A DNA stretch of 63,927 bases, filler included, from Choristocarpus tenellus KU-1152 (Eukaryota > Protista > Phaeophyceae): the NCBI GenBank assembly GCA_964200185.2. It is 13 parts of 13 records of this genome, joined end to end, with 100 filler letters (N's around TTAATTAATTAA, not from the genome) between each part and the next. Parts side by side here need not be neighbours in the genome. Positions count along the whole stretch, not along the records: positions 50,908 to 54,576 come from CAXNAD020018608.1; positions 54,677 to 58,499 come from CAXNAD020017726.1; positions 58,600 to 63,927 come from CAXNAD020011141.1; 10 more parts are not named here. One strand, given 5' to 3'. Every line of letters begins with the position of its first letter. Position 1 is the first letter of the stretch. Made by a program: the position numbers and the translations under genes. The notes beneath the pieces were generated by a model. The model saw only the letters and a list, made by a program, of their open reading frames with translations. It was not told the DNA's origin and ran no database searches. Of the stretch, positions 51,575 to 63,927 are shown piece after piece.

Positions 51575-53476
51575 CCTCAACTCCTCTAGCTCTGGCCCAG
51601 TTCCTTCCCTTGCAGCACAAAGGTCTTTGACTACAGCTTTACTAGCTGAAAGCTCCTCTTCCATCTCAGATATCTCTTCCTCCAGCTCCGCTACATGGTT
51701 TTCTCGGTAGGGATCACCTGCTTGCACCAGAGATCGAACCCCCTCCAGATCTCCCCGGGCTGTGTAAGAATTGAAGTGCATATGTATGCAGAGCTCAGGT
51801 TAGGTAATGTTACATACAACATTACATTGTTGAAACCATGTTAGGTATAACACCTGGTGGCAATGGTTTGAGCATATAGTGGTGGTGCATATGGAATCCC
51901 CCCCTCCAACAGCTTGTTGATGGGCTGGCCACCAAAACAGTTAGTTGTAAAATGTGATGTTAGGCTCCTACTCGCTCCAGCTGTGCTGCAACTCCACCAA
52001 ACTCTGCTCTGCTGCGAGTTGTCAGAACTGTTGGAACTACACTTATACAACATCACACAACACAGGTATTGCAGCAACCCCTGCAATGTCAGGCAATGAT
52101 CATATGGCAAGGAAAATAAGACAACAAGCTTGCAAACTTGTACTCATGGGTGCGCACACACACACAAAAACAAAACATGAACACATAAACGCACAAATAT
52201 ACTTCTTAAGTTCCAAACAAATGAGTGCTGCCAAAGAACTGAACTATATTTACACCTTTTCTACAGCTCTTTTTTTTGTGACAGCGGCTAACATAAAATC
52301 CAAGGTGAACAATAGATTCCGTGCCTCTCCACCTCACAACCAACCATTTCCCACTATACTCATGGTGTGAAGACTCAAATCAGCCTTTTGCATTTCTCAT
52401 CAGTTCTTGGACCTGATCTACCTCAGTACAATGCATCCTTGTTGCTTGACTAGAGCCTCAGGGGTTGTAACTTTGAATACACAGCTCTATAGAGCACAGC
52501 TATTGCATACAGATAGTCTACCCTGTTATCAGCCTTGTGCACTTGGTATTGTTCTTATATGTGTCAGATTTGTTGCATCCTCCCATTCGCATTATATGCT
52601 CCATTTTGGGATAACACACCGATCTTTGTTGGTGTGTTTGTCTCAACCTCAACTATGTATATATGTGGTAAAATTATTGTATAGGCGATTTAGATGCATT
52701 GTGAACAAGTGTTGCACTATATTGATTTGCGTGGAAAGCGTTGGGGGGGCAGAGGGGTCCTGCATTCTGCAACACACTATTAAAAATACCATCCCATTCG
52801 ATATATTGAATAGGGTTCCTAGTGCTACCTGTGAAGCAACACATATTCTATTACTTGGTTCCCTCCCAATTGTGTCACTGCTTGAGTTGGAATAATGTAC
52901 CTATTACCATGACCTTGGTAGCTTCGATTATTGGTCTATTCGTCTAAGTGCACACAGAAGCACTAATCTGCATGGAGAGTAAGAAGTGTAGTTGGCCAAG
53001 CACTTGACACATATACATGTCACATCTCCCCTAACCTCCATACTCCTACTTTGTAAACCCCCACCTTCAGTCATCGAACTCAATGTCTCTCTTTTAAACT
53101 AGTAGTGCACAGTATAGGATACCGGTAGAAAATCGAGAAAAGAGAGCTTTTAAGTCCATGCCCACCCCTTCCTCTCCCTCTCTGCAGTTCACCTATTTGA
53201 TGGTACATGAGTTGGAGGACAGTCTCCGACTTCTGCTTTCTGGCCATCACCTGCAGACAGTCATTGTGCTGCAGCCGCTTGGCCCACCAGGTAGCATCGT
53301 GGCCCTTACGATTTTTGTATGATACAATTGCCTTAAGCTCCATAACCAAGAGCTTAACAACACTCAGGCGGGCATGCCTGACGGCCTCTATCAGTGGTGT
53401 TTTTCCTGAAGATGTCTCATGGTTGATGTCTGCCCGCCCTTTGGTCACAAGCGTCTTCACAATGTCCTTATGTCCC
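51575..53476 (-). CDS. Ankyrin-repeat protein with coiled coil, internal part (exons 53476-53193, 51759-51575)
   Basis: GHKDIVKTLV..GRADINHETSSGKTPLIEAVRHARLSVVKLLV ankyrin consensus; next exon joins in phase (I-ARGDLEGVRSLVQAG) and runs into an E-rich heptad stretch. Confidence 0.8.
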
Positions 53477-54676
53477 CTGCTTAGTGAACCCCATGCATGT
53501 ATCAACGATTTTGTACCAATGCTCAGTCCCCAAGCAGGGGATCAGGCTATGGTGGGTTGAGACATTGCTCACGAAGATATTATGGTGTTTTTCCTTGAGA
53601 AAAAAGAGAGATGAGACTTGCAAGTGTTTGGGTAGGGTTGACTGTACAGTACCTATTTATCATGATGCCAATGTAATTCTGTTTGTGACGAGAAAAATGC
53701 TCTAATCATAATGAATTATCTGGGTCATAGTGGATAGTGATTGCCGGCAAGTAGTGTAGCCATGACGAAATAGGCCTCCTGAGTGGTGAGGGGTTCTACC
53801 AGAGGTGTTTTTTTTTGTGGCTAACATTGCACACATGTAACCACACAAATACAAACAGGAACCTTCCGAGGCGTGTACAAGTGCGGATGGTGTGTGGAAT
53901 AACCAAAGACTACAGAGTACTCGGGCGAAAAATATTTCATCAGTTAATTGTGATTGAGTAAATGCCGGCGAATATGATCAGATTCAAGCCCAAAGTATAC
54001 AAGAGGTACCCAGGGTTGCGCTATAAGTATGTAATGACAATGGTGCAAGTTTTGTCTTTTTGTACAAACAGGATAGGAACTTTTCTGAATTCTCTTCAAC
54101 TCTTCAAATGATAGAGAAACCAGCTCTCTCAAGTTAATCTTAGTACTTCATCAAAAGAAATAAGGGTGAGCTGTAGGGCATGAAAAAGGCAAGATAAAGT
54201 TCAAAATGGTTGAAACTTGTGAACCTCTTGTTTACTCCGGCTCCGATGGCATTTCACAACTGTACATGATTGTGTTGGGCCCAAGTTTGTTGGCTAGTCT
54301 TTGAGAAACAGGCGAGTTTGGTGTTGGGGTCAGGGTTCCAGTCAGTGGAAGCCAGAGGTGGAATGATATCGGATCTGGGACCGATTTTCAAATTATAGGG
54401 GTAAGCATTGTGTAGACAGTTAGAGCTGGCATTCTGTGGAGTGTAGAGGACATGGCTCCTATGATTCTACAGGTCTTGAGGTCCATAGTCTATAGCTGTT
54501 CGTGGTGGCATACAATAATAGTGGACCCAGAGTATCTGGGGGAAGGGGGGGGTCTACACCAGGGTGTGCATTTGGGNNNNNNNNNNNNNNNNNNNNNNNN
54601 NNNNNNNNNNNNNNNNNNNNTTAATTAATTAANNNNNNNNNNNNNNNNNNNNNNNNNNNNNNNNNNNNNNNNNNNN

Positions 54677-56500
54677 TGCTGAGCTGACGTGCGTTAATCT
54701 GTTAATTGGTTTTGACTTGTACATCCTGGAAAGGTGAGCATTGAGGGGCGCCTGTAACATGGAGGTCCTACCAAGACTGTAACAGCTGAGGGTGACGATG
54801 ATGGAGACTTGCGTTCCTATTAGTTCTCAGGGAGGTACCAGCGCCCCACTTCTTGAAGGAAGCGAGGAGGGGTTATGGAAACGCACGGTGTGCAAAAAAT
54901 GTCCAGTGGATTTTAGAGGTGTCCACCTCAGATGTGATGAATTCTGAAGAAGTGACCAAAATGCAATGTCGGATTCCCCATAAAGTGCACACTTACCTTG
55001 GAAGGCGGCTTGTATGGATGATGGGAAAGAAGGTGAATGCTGCTCTGGGGTTGCCTGTCGTGAGTGTACTTAAATTGATTTGGGCTTGTATACAAGTTCA
55101 CGTTCTTTTAGCCTTGGACTTCTTCTTGATGGCAGCAGTGTGAAATAAAAGCAGCAATTAATAACCTGTAGTGACATTAGCCAGGACGGAGATTGCGCTC
55201 TCTACTTCAAAAGCTGGAACCCCCCAAAACACATTGATGATGGTTGACTAACACCTATGCAACACCTCTCTGAAGGGTTTGATCTAGATGGACGCAGAGC
55301 GTGTTGTAGTGGTTTTGTGTATGAAGATGCTATAGCAGGTTAAGCAAAGCAAATTGTGTGTGTCTAATTCAAAAATTGTGCAATTGTTGGCGGTCTGTTT
55401 GATGGGCCCAGCCCCTCAGATATTGTGAAGGTGGCCAGCAAGAGGTGTGCACATTTTCTTAGGATCTTGTCCTGCGAGTAGTAGTGGGCAATGATGTGCT
55501 CCTCTGTCTAGATGTTGGTGTGTGAATTGTGTGTCAGTGAGACAAGTGAGGGATTTTGTACACTGGAGAGATCATGGAGAAGAATCAAATACAGAGAAGG
55601 GGTGCCTGTAACAATGAGGTACACTCCCTGTCAGCGTTGCGGTCCAAGAGATTGGGAAATCGTTTCCCCATAGCTATATACTTCAAAGTATATATACAAT
55701 CCAGTAACAAGCAGCGTAGGGGTTGAAAGTGTGTGAAGCGCGATGTAAAGGACTACGGGGAGTACTGGTACAGGCGAATAGCATGAGCATATCTTCCCAC
55801 GCTTTGACAAGCGCAAGCATTATACATGTATGGGGAACTCCTTAAGGGGGAACCCAATTTGCTCAGAGTTGCAGAGTAAGTGTCACAGGCGAGTAGCACG
55901 AGTATTTCTTCCCGCACTTTAACCAGCGCGAGCTGTATACGCACGGGGGGAACCCCAAGAGGGGGAACTCCGATTTGCCTAAAAGTTGCAGAATAAACTG
56001 TAACTTGGGTAGTTGCAGAGGGTCACGGATGGATGGTCGGAAAGGGTTCTCAGATATATGACAGTATTTGTAAACCCGAATAAACCCCAAACGGTAAATG
56101 ATGATTAGAGTTCCTAAAAACGGCTCAAATCGGCTCAGTTCTTCGGACCTAAAAAGACCCACATAGCTCACTCTCTTAATCTGATACCAAACTTTATATA
56201 CTTTTCTTATACTGATTGATTCATTTGAGAGTACCCCTGTTCTGCTGAGCTCACGTTCGATAATCTTTGAATTGGACTTGACTTGTACATCCTGGGAAGG
56301 TGAGCATTGAGGGGCGCCTGTAACATGGAGGTCCTACCGAGACTTCCACTCTGTAACATAAGATCTGTAACGTATGTATGCAACGGTTTGCAGATTATTT
56401 TAACGTCTGTAAATAATAAAAAAAAGTGGATGGTGTTAATAAAAGAAGTGTTTATTGCCATGTGGCTCACGTTTCTTGATAATTGATTAAGTAACTGTCA
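54677..56500 (+). mobile_element. Nest of decayed Ty1/copia fragments (RT/RNase H relic about 54840-55606; three PPT|TGTAACA junctions)
   Basis: TEIALSTSKA (from VALSSTEAEY) near 55190, YED and HFLR(D)LV remnants. GAGGGGCGCC|TGTAACA at 54753 and 56319, GAAGGGGTGCC|TGTAACA at 55607. 54677-54778 repeats 56241-56345. Confidence 0.6.
56180..56189 (-). mobile_element. tRNA-iMet primer-binding site of an LTR retrotransposon, followed by a leader with about 120-bp tandem repeats (about 55770-56010)
   Basis: TGGTATCAGA on the minus strand is the canonical iMet PBS; the upstream LTR end lacks a clean CA. Confidence 0.45.
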
Positions 56501-57994
56501 CCAATCAGTGACTATCGATTGAGAAAAGTACCTTTACCTACTGACCTGACGTTCATTGGACCTGTTGACTGTCGGAGTATCTTGGAAGGCTTATTACGAG
56601 CGTCAACGTCATCTATAGGCCTGTGGATTGGAGCTATACATCCCGTGGAGGTAAGCTTTGGAGCGTGCTGTAACAGTACATATATGTGCACGGGGAAAGG
56701 CCTGGAGAGGTTGTGTGTAGAGGAGCATGTGGGGTTAATTTACACTGTTACCATGAGTTCAGCGGCGATTTCTCTTCATTTGGTAAATTGTGCAGTGTTG
56801 CAACCATCTTGAAGAAAAGTGCTGTAGAGAACAGTAATGCAAACATTTTTCATTATACTTTATTATACGGACGATGTGTGTGGACCGCACACACCAAGAC
56901 ACATACCAGTTGCAACCGATAGACACAGTTGGAACAGAAGGCACACAAATGCCATTAATACACATGAATCACATACTCACACACACCAATTCCTACAGAG
57001 AGACACACACCGAGCATTACTTGCAACCGATACACATGCACCATTGCGCACAACAGGCACGTCCACAAACAAACAAATCTCCACACAGACACGCACATAT
57101 GCATGCCATCAATACACACACGCATGCACACACACACCGTTAATTCACACACTCACGCACAAAGCTGTCTCTCTTATATGGTGCAGAGTACAGTATATGA
57201 GAGGTTCATGATCGAATGCTTAGGTTTCATTGTCTTCAAGTGGCAGGGTATAGACTGTAGCTTGGATCAGCTACAATTTACAACCCACAACACCCGATAA
57301 ATGACCTTCTGGGGCTCTATCTTATTAAAGTGCAATAAGATTGTAACTATTGATCAACACAGTATTATCAATAGCACATATAATGATCCATCCAACCAAC
57401 CGCCAAGAGAAGTCTCTGGTAACCCCGTATGCAGCACAAAAACGACACAATTGTATGCACACATACATCCAACAGCATGTGACGAGCTATTGAGAAACGT
57501 TCAACACCATATGGCTATCCCTCAATTTGCAACACTAGCTTTGCCATTGAAATGTACCCATGTTCTTTACGTATATTAATTCCGTTAGGCGTCAACTTGC
57601 TCTTCGCTTATTCTGACAACTCCGGGGGGTGTTTCCTGCTGTATGATACCCTGGCAGAGAGTATGACAAAACACAGATTGAAAATCTCGACTTTACTCAT
57701 ACAAACCTATTAGTAGTGCAAAATATGTATATGTACATACAGCCCCTGTCGTCTCCCTTTGTGTGTGCCATTCTTCTTAACACAGAAAATGCTACTTATC
57801 CCTAGAATGCCCTTTGTAGCCTTTTTTCACAACTCCCTCTCCTAGGCGACCAACACATACCCTCATCTAATATGCATGATGCATGATAAAGCCCAAGTGT
57901 GCGCGCAAGTTGTGGATTTGTAACACTCGAAACAGTGTTGAAAGCAATTACTGGTATCGTTTCACATAGCACATCTTTCTTATTGCCACCACCA

Positions 57995-58205
57995 GAGTCA
58001 AAGCATCTTAGAGGGTAGAGCCGCGTCCATTTGGGGGCCAAAAGNNNNNNNNNNCATGTTCCGGACACACCTTTTCATAACGTATACATTTTTACCTACT
58101 CCGAAACATTTTGGAGTAGGAAAATGTCATAAAAAAAAACGTGGTAAGTCAAGGTTTAAATGGGCAAACAGGGAAAAACTCGTACACTCTAAGACGCTTT
58201 CTCTC
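57995..58205. mobile_element. MITE family A (with 10-N gap)
   Basis: GAGTCAAAGCATCTTAGAGGGTAG ... TACACTCTAAGACGCTTTCTCTC; 3-bp TSD CCA. Confidence 0.88.
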
Positions 58206-60479
58206 CCATACGACCTTCATAATACACTGCTCCATCATCCATTAGCGTATCAAGCATGGATACACCGTTCCACACACTACTACTGGGGGTACCCGTATCT
58301 GTGTACTCTTGTTGGCATGTGTGTTGATCATTTAATATGGTACATGTGTGTGTACCCGGGCTTTTCAGAGACTCACACTAACAAACACAGACACATAGAC
58401 TACAACGTGTGCACACACGACAACAATCTCCTCGAACTTCTAATTCATACACATAGCACACCAAATCACAACCTCCTCCCGGCCCAAAGTATCTGGGAGN
58501 NNNNNNNNNNNNNNNNNNNNNNNNNNNNNNNNNNNNNNNNNNNTTAATTAATTAANNNNNNNNNNNNNNNNNNNNNNNNNNNNNNNNNNNNNNNNNNNNC
58601 CACGATTAATCAGTTGCTTCGACGATCGATTTCCCAGCTCACCACGATTAATCAGTTGCTTCGACGATCGATTCCCAGCTAACCCTAACTCTAATTACTA
58701 CGAAACCGATATTGTACCATATAAATTCTGTGCTGCTTTTTTTGGGCATGCCTATGGGTGCACAAAATCGGGGTAGGTACTGTAAGAACAACAAGAAGAG
58801 ACAAACACATTGAAGTTGAAGTAGAATTTGAAATTTTGTATTTGAAGTAGAAAAAGAGGACTCAATTTCCCTCACACATCGTGGAAAATGCAGAATGTTA
58901 AATAATATATATTCCATCGTAGTTTTGTGTTGAACCAAACAAACTGTAGTAGTATTAATACTCCTTACAACCAATAAAGATATCACGAAGCGGAATGAAA
59001 TCCAAAACATTATGTCAAAAAGGTGCAAGGTCATAGTCTCCTATCATAATATGTGGGAACAATCTTGGGGTAACTTTCTCTCAAAAAAATAAGACCAAAA
59101 CGCTCTTTTGAACCAGATTCCCTCCTCCATCAAAAATGGCCTAAACCAAAAACAAGAAACCAAAAACCAAAACATGACATGATCCTCAACTTCAACCTTC
59201 ATCCCCTACATCCTAACATTCAGAACGTCTTTGGTGATTATAGACATCGTCTATGTATTGTGCATGCATGTACAGTAATGTAGTCATGAATGCAGTCTCC
59301 TCCAAATACTTAATTAAACCTCCTAGCAGCCAACAAAGTATTTCCCCCTTCTTTCAAGCCTGTTAAAACACGCCAGCATTCCTCAGTTTGCCTTGCATCT
59401 TTCCTCGACAAATAAAGCTCTCCTCAGAGCATTATCATCACCGTCCTTCCCCAAGAAACAAGTAAGCAAAGTTATTTCATTAGCAGCATCAGCATCATCA
59501 CTGGACTCGATAGCAAGGCCAGTGCAGCATCCATCAAGAGACGACTGGGTCACAATATCTAATTTGTTTTCTCTTCTGATAACCCATCGCCTGTCCACCA
59601 TTGCAAGCCCCTGCCTTCACCAGGGGGCCTCCACACACCATCGCATTTGCAACATCATTGCCCAGCCTCCCACTATACAAAGTGTGACCAGGTTAAGATC
59701 GAACCATCCAACTACCACCATCGGTGTCCCACAGGTGGACATGGAGGGGAAGTGGCGCAGTTCCATCCCCATGCCTCCAAGTAACACTGAAGCCTGGGTG
59801 GGTGCGTGAGGGAAGCAGCACAGCAGTCTCTTCTCGTATAGTAGTGATCTGAGTATCACAGATTATAAGATTGACCTCACCTCAGAGATCAAGCAATCAC
59901 TGCTACTATTTGGAGACCCCTTCAAAGATCTCCCCCAACTCGGACCACTCATCACCTGTCTGGAAACCATCAAACTTGAAGTATGTGACCACATTAGCTC
60001 GATGCGTCCAAGTTTTCTTCTCTTACTAGTTTATTTCCTTCCGTAGTCTCTCGTTTTTGTTCCACACCAAGGCATGCACTGACCCTCACAGTTCAATCAT
60101 TGCAATGATGCCACCACACTACATACTTCACTGTCTGTTTACGAATTGTGTATCCTGTTGTTTCCACTTTTGTTTCTGCATTTGTTTTCTCATTCAATCA
60201 AAATTCAGAATCTGTGACCTCAACTATTCACCAGGTTCCTACAGCAGATGAGAGGAACATACTTGTTACAAGCAATGCTTCTATATGACGGTTTCATCCA
60301 TGTTATTTCGAACTATAGGATGTATGATATTTTCCTGTTGATACTTTGTTCAGCCCTGACTTACCTAACCCCCTTTCTATGTCGTGGATAATCTCGCCTA
60401 TACCCAATGATAATAATGCCCTTTAAAGAAAATCAAAAATAGTTGTACAGTTATCGTAAGCTTGTTACTTTATTCATTA

Positions 60480-60920
60480 ACGTGTCATATATGGCTGGTA
60501 CATTCAAGTATTCAGGCCACTACATCATCCCAACTAGGTTAGCTGACTCAGCGATGCAACACCGAGTTGGATTTATTCTCTCCAGAAAGGAGAGAGCAGT
60601 AGTGGTCTTAAGTCTGCACATTCAATGGGCTTATGTTGTCATCTGTAACTCTATGGGAGGCCTGCTCAACCAATAGTGGCAGGAAGGGACCCAGCATACG
60701 TAGTACACATCAGTGAAATCTGTGGCACCTGCAAGACACCAACCTATCAAACCCAAGCTTTGGGGGTGACTTTGCAACCATGCGTGAAAACATTCGTGCA
60801 TGGTCCCATGAGCAGCTTCAGAGACGCCAGCTCTCCTTTCCATGGTTTGAGAATAGCCCCCCTAACGGAGGCATGTCGTCAACTTTTTGAATGGGAGCGC
60901 TGGCCATTTTGCTTTGTGTC
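60480..60920 (+). mobile_element. Possible highly decayed LINE endonuclease (APE) relic
   Basis: Only QHRVGFILS (resembling HGVGFIL) and a weak N..G..L.EW-like stretch support it. Confidence 0.3.
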
Positions 60921-61126
60921 CTGTTCTATCCTGAGGTTAGCAAAGTAGGTTCCATTTCTGTCATACACATACACTTTTGTGCTGTCTAGTTGTATTATTT
61001 TTGACCATTTGTCTCTCTTGCATTTTGATCAAAGTCTTCTTCAGGTTGTGTCATATGCTTTCACCCACCTGGAATCCTCATCAGTAACAGTCATTACTCC
61101 AGCTTGAGATAACCAGAGCAACATAG

Positions 61127-61313
61127 GACCCAAAGTATCTGGGGGTAGGGGGGATGGTCTACACCAGGGTGTCCATTTTGGGTCAAAATCAGTAAAAGTC
61201 AATTTACATTATCCATCAGAAGTATGCAACCAAATCACCGAAAAATCTCGACATGAAAAAATTGATCCCAAATGGACAGCCGCCATCCCCCCCCCCCCAA
61301 ATACTTTTGAGTC
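61127..61313. mobile_element. MITE family B, full copy
   Basis: GACCCAAAGTATCTGGGGG ... CCCCAAATACTTTTGAGTC; 3-bp TSD TAG. Confidence 0.9.
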
Positions 61314-63927
61314 TAGGGAACCATGGGGCAATCTTTGATTAGAGCAGGAACCAGAATCAGATCACAACCTTCAGGTAGGGTGTAGGTGCCTCAATTCATT
61401 CTTATTTCAACCCATCCCTCCAGCTTTCAACCTTACCCTTGTCAAAAACCTCTCCCAGGTTTGCCTTAATACATGCAGGGGGCCTGCAAACAGCTAGCCA
61501 ATGACCATGGCTCCAAACACAACAGACAAAACCTCAAAGGTCCTCCATGACATGTCACCGCAACTATGTAACTGTGATTCTGGTAAGAGATGTACTCTCT
61601 TCTATCGATAGATGAAAGAATTAGTAGCCAATTGCCAGATCATTTCGTCTTCAAGCAGAAGTGTACCTGAAGGTGTCAAAGGTCACAGAATCACATGTTC
61701 GTCACAATGTGTCAACCACCCACAACTCCACTATGAATGCACATTCATCCACGGCTTATGATTTCGGATCTATTGCTGAGACCTGTGGATTCTTTTGGGG
61801 GGGGTTGCCTCACGGCCCCACACACTACTCAGTGATCCATGTATGTTTCATGCGCATCACCTAATGCACCAACAGCGGATTTTTTTTTTAATGAAAAAAA
61901 AAATCTACCTGATTGAGTTCTAAAACCACAAGTTCTGTTTACAACACTAGCAATAAAAGATACTTTGATTTGGAAGGGGGTGTGGTTTGGCAGCACAGCC
62001 CAAAATTCAAACCGAGAAGCTTGTCGCATGTACGTTTGGGGGGAGGGAAGTGTGTGTACCCGTTGTTCTGACTGGAACCACTGCCCATCGGCTATCAATA
62101 TCGACAAAAACTGCACAGATCCTTGTAAAATAAGGGTAAGCACTACAGTTGCTATTCCTCTGCAAAGGTCCATTGCCCTTCCTCTCCAGGGGATACATGG
62201 AACCTGTTATCAATACCAGAGGGAGAGTACTTCACTCGTATACAAAACGGCGAATTCAAACAGCACACAGTAAGAGTAAAACATCCTCTTTTCTTATTTT
62301 ACTAAGAGGAGAAGGTTTCCTCCTCCTCTTAGTAAAAAGACTTCACCATTATTTAGCTCTTGCAAGAAGAAAGAACTGTGACGACGCATACAGCCCCCCA
62401 AGTCAACAAAGGATACCCCAGACATTGCAGACTGCACAACACCATCACAGGCTTCCCCTGGCGTATACAGTGATAGAGGAACACTTGTTTCAAGGCAAGG
62501 AGAACCACTACAGAAAAATTTGCACAGACGATATTAATAACAAAGGACAAGTCGTAGAACTTAGGCAAACAGCACGCACCACAAACGAAATGCTGACCTT
62601 TCAAAGAACTACTACATTCACACAACAACGAAAACCAACAGATTACACTCCGGCTATAATTTTAATACCATGGAAAATAGTGGCCGATCCCAACACCACA
62701 ATGCAAAGCACCTGTGTCACATCAAAGAAGTAACTGCCACCAAACAAACAAGTACCACACCGAAAAAAAAAATTACTACTAATGATACGTGTATCATTGT
62801 CTGCCAAGCCAATACAAACTCGCAGCGGTGCTGAGAAAAGACTTCCTATAGACTTCTCCGCAGATCTCAACAGCCCTACCACAGACAGAGGAACGAACTA
62901 GACCACACACACATGGAGAGAAACAAACACAAGGAAACATAAGTGCAAAGAAATTTTCACAACATGACCGGGGCTTATCAAATTCCGTCATGTTCCACTC
63001 TTACAGCTCTTGTTCACTACTGACAGCAGCGTTTCCATTTCCAGCACCAGCAACACCTTTGCCCTCCTCAGCAGTTTCCTCACCCATTGCCACCGACACC
63101 TAAGGAGACATGCCGATGTTGTTGAGGAGTTTAAGGGGAAAATGACACCATATGAAAAAAAGCATATCATTAACACACCCGAAAGAAGCAGCCTGCTCAG
63201 TACTCACACCCACCACATCTACCTTCAAGGTGATCTCAACATGCAGTCTCACTGACCACCTGAATCCCATTGGCATTCATCTTGGCACAGTTCACGAGCC
63301 AAACATGTAACTCCTTCGACGGCTTGACACGAGAGCCACTCTACAATGACCTCAGCAAATTTCCACTACTACAAACAACACCATGAATGTCTTCCAGGAC
63401 ATTGTTCCAAGTCCCTTTTCCTCCATAGTCCATGTTGTTCCCTCTAACACTCAGAATCCATGTATTCCATAACCCGCAGCCCCCGAGACAACAACACTCA
63501 GCATTTTTTTGTTTTGACTTGCACAACCTAGGAATTTTTGGGGGCATAAATATATATTTTTTTATTCTTACATTTTCTATTTCTTTTCTGGAAGGAAGGC
63601 TGTCCAGGGCAAAGCTCTGAGTCCATTTCCTAGATGACACTATTTCTTTCCAGGAAAGTATTCTGCGACGATTTCCTCTGTAACAGATGTTCGCAACAAT
63701 GCACAGAAACAATTTCCTATATAACCAATGCCATCCAGATCAGCCCTCAGAGTCCATTTTATCTGAGCTGAGTCCGTTGCCTAGAAATACAACACAGAAA
63801 AGATGTATGTCACTCATGCTACGACTGAGTTCTCCCACCCTCCCCCTCCCCCTCCCCCTCCCCCTCCCCCCCCCCTTTTCCTCTTGCCCGTCCTTTCACT
63901 CATCCTGACTACACTACACTTCCAATC

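Noticed and set aside
54677-56358. Intact short LTR element (TRIM) on the minus strand
   Set aside because: No polypurine tract before the putative 3' LTR and no CA end; the interior reads as plus-strand copia pol.
801-58205. Repeated short ORFs such as ILPTPKHFGVGK...KPSPKWTNR as a multicopy protein family
   Set aside because: They are chance translations of MITE family A, with inconsistent starts, stops and frames.
8461-58599. Regularly recurring TTAATTAATTAA palindrome as a biological repeat or array, and ORFs ending XXX-LIN
   Set aside because: Always centred in identical N-runs totalling 100 nt, so it is a synthetic six-frame-stop linker. Gene neighbourhoods across it are not real.
58600-58681. 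42-bp tandem duplication (also the 30-bp one at 14348-14418) as CRISPR-like repeats
   Set aside because: Only two units, little or no spacer, no cas genes, and located at contig starts where artefacts are common.
63000-63782. Possible minus-strand exons (ATDSAQIKWTLRADLDG..., SGSRVKPSKELHVW..., VSVAMGEE...EQEL*)
   Set aside because: Several incompatible splice models and no recognisable domain.

Overview
This is not a contiguous locus. It is 13 short contigs of a eukaryotic, intron-rich genome, joined by twelve artificial 100-nt linkers (N-run + TTAATTAATTAA + N-run), so gene order across linkers means nothing. A plastid-type sigma-70 factor with a signal peptide, a ciliary RP2 homologue and TTAGGG repeats point to a flagellated ochrophyte, probably a brown alga (inference). 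Hand-spliced, phase-consistent gene models: an ependymin/LolA-like protein (3' part), a SNF1/AMPK-family kinase, a peroxisomal-type mitochondrial-carrier exon, a gamma-butyrobetaine-hydroxylase-like dioxygenase, a sigma-70 factor (5' part), a flavin amine-oxidase-like protein, RP2/XRP2 and an ankyrin protein. Mobile DNA includes decayed mariner (DD39D-type), Ty3/gypsy, Ty1/copia and RTE LINE relics. The most notable system is an 8-exon, GT-AG-spliced Sola/DUF7869-type DDD transposase (about 38165-43336) with a C-terminal chromatin-reader-like module. It sits alongside about 27 copies or ends of related MITEs that share G-R-S-Y-S-AAAGTATC termini and show a mix of 3-bp and 4-bp target-site duplications; two of them lie inside the transposase's own introns. 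All protein calls are motif recognition by eye, not database hits.
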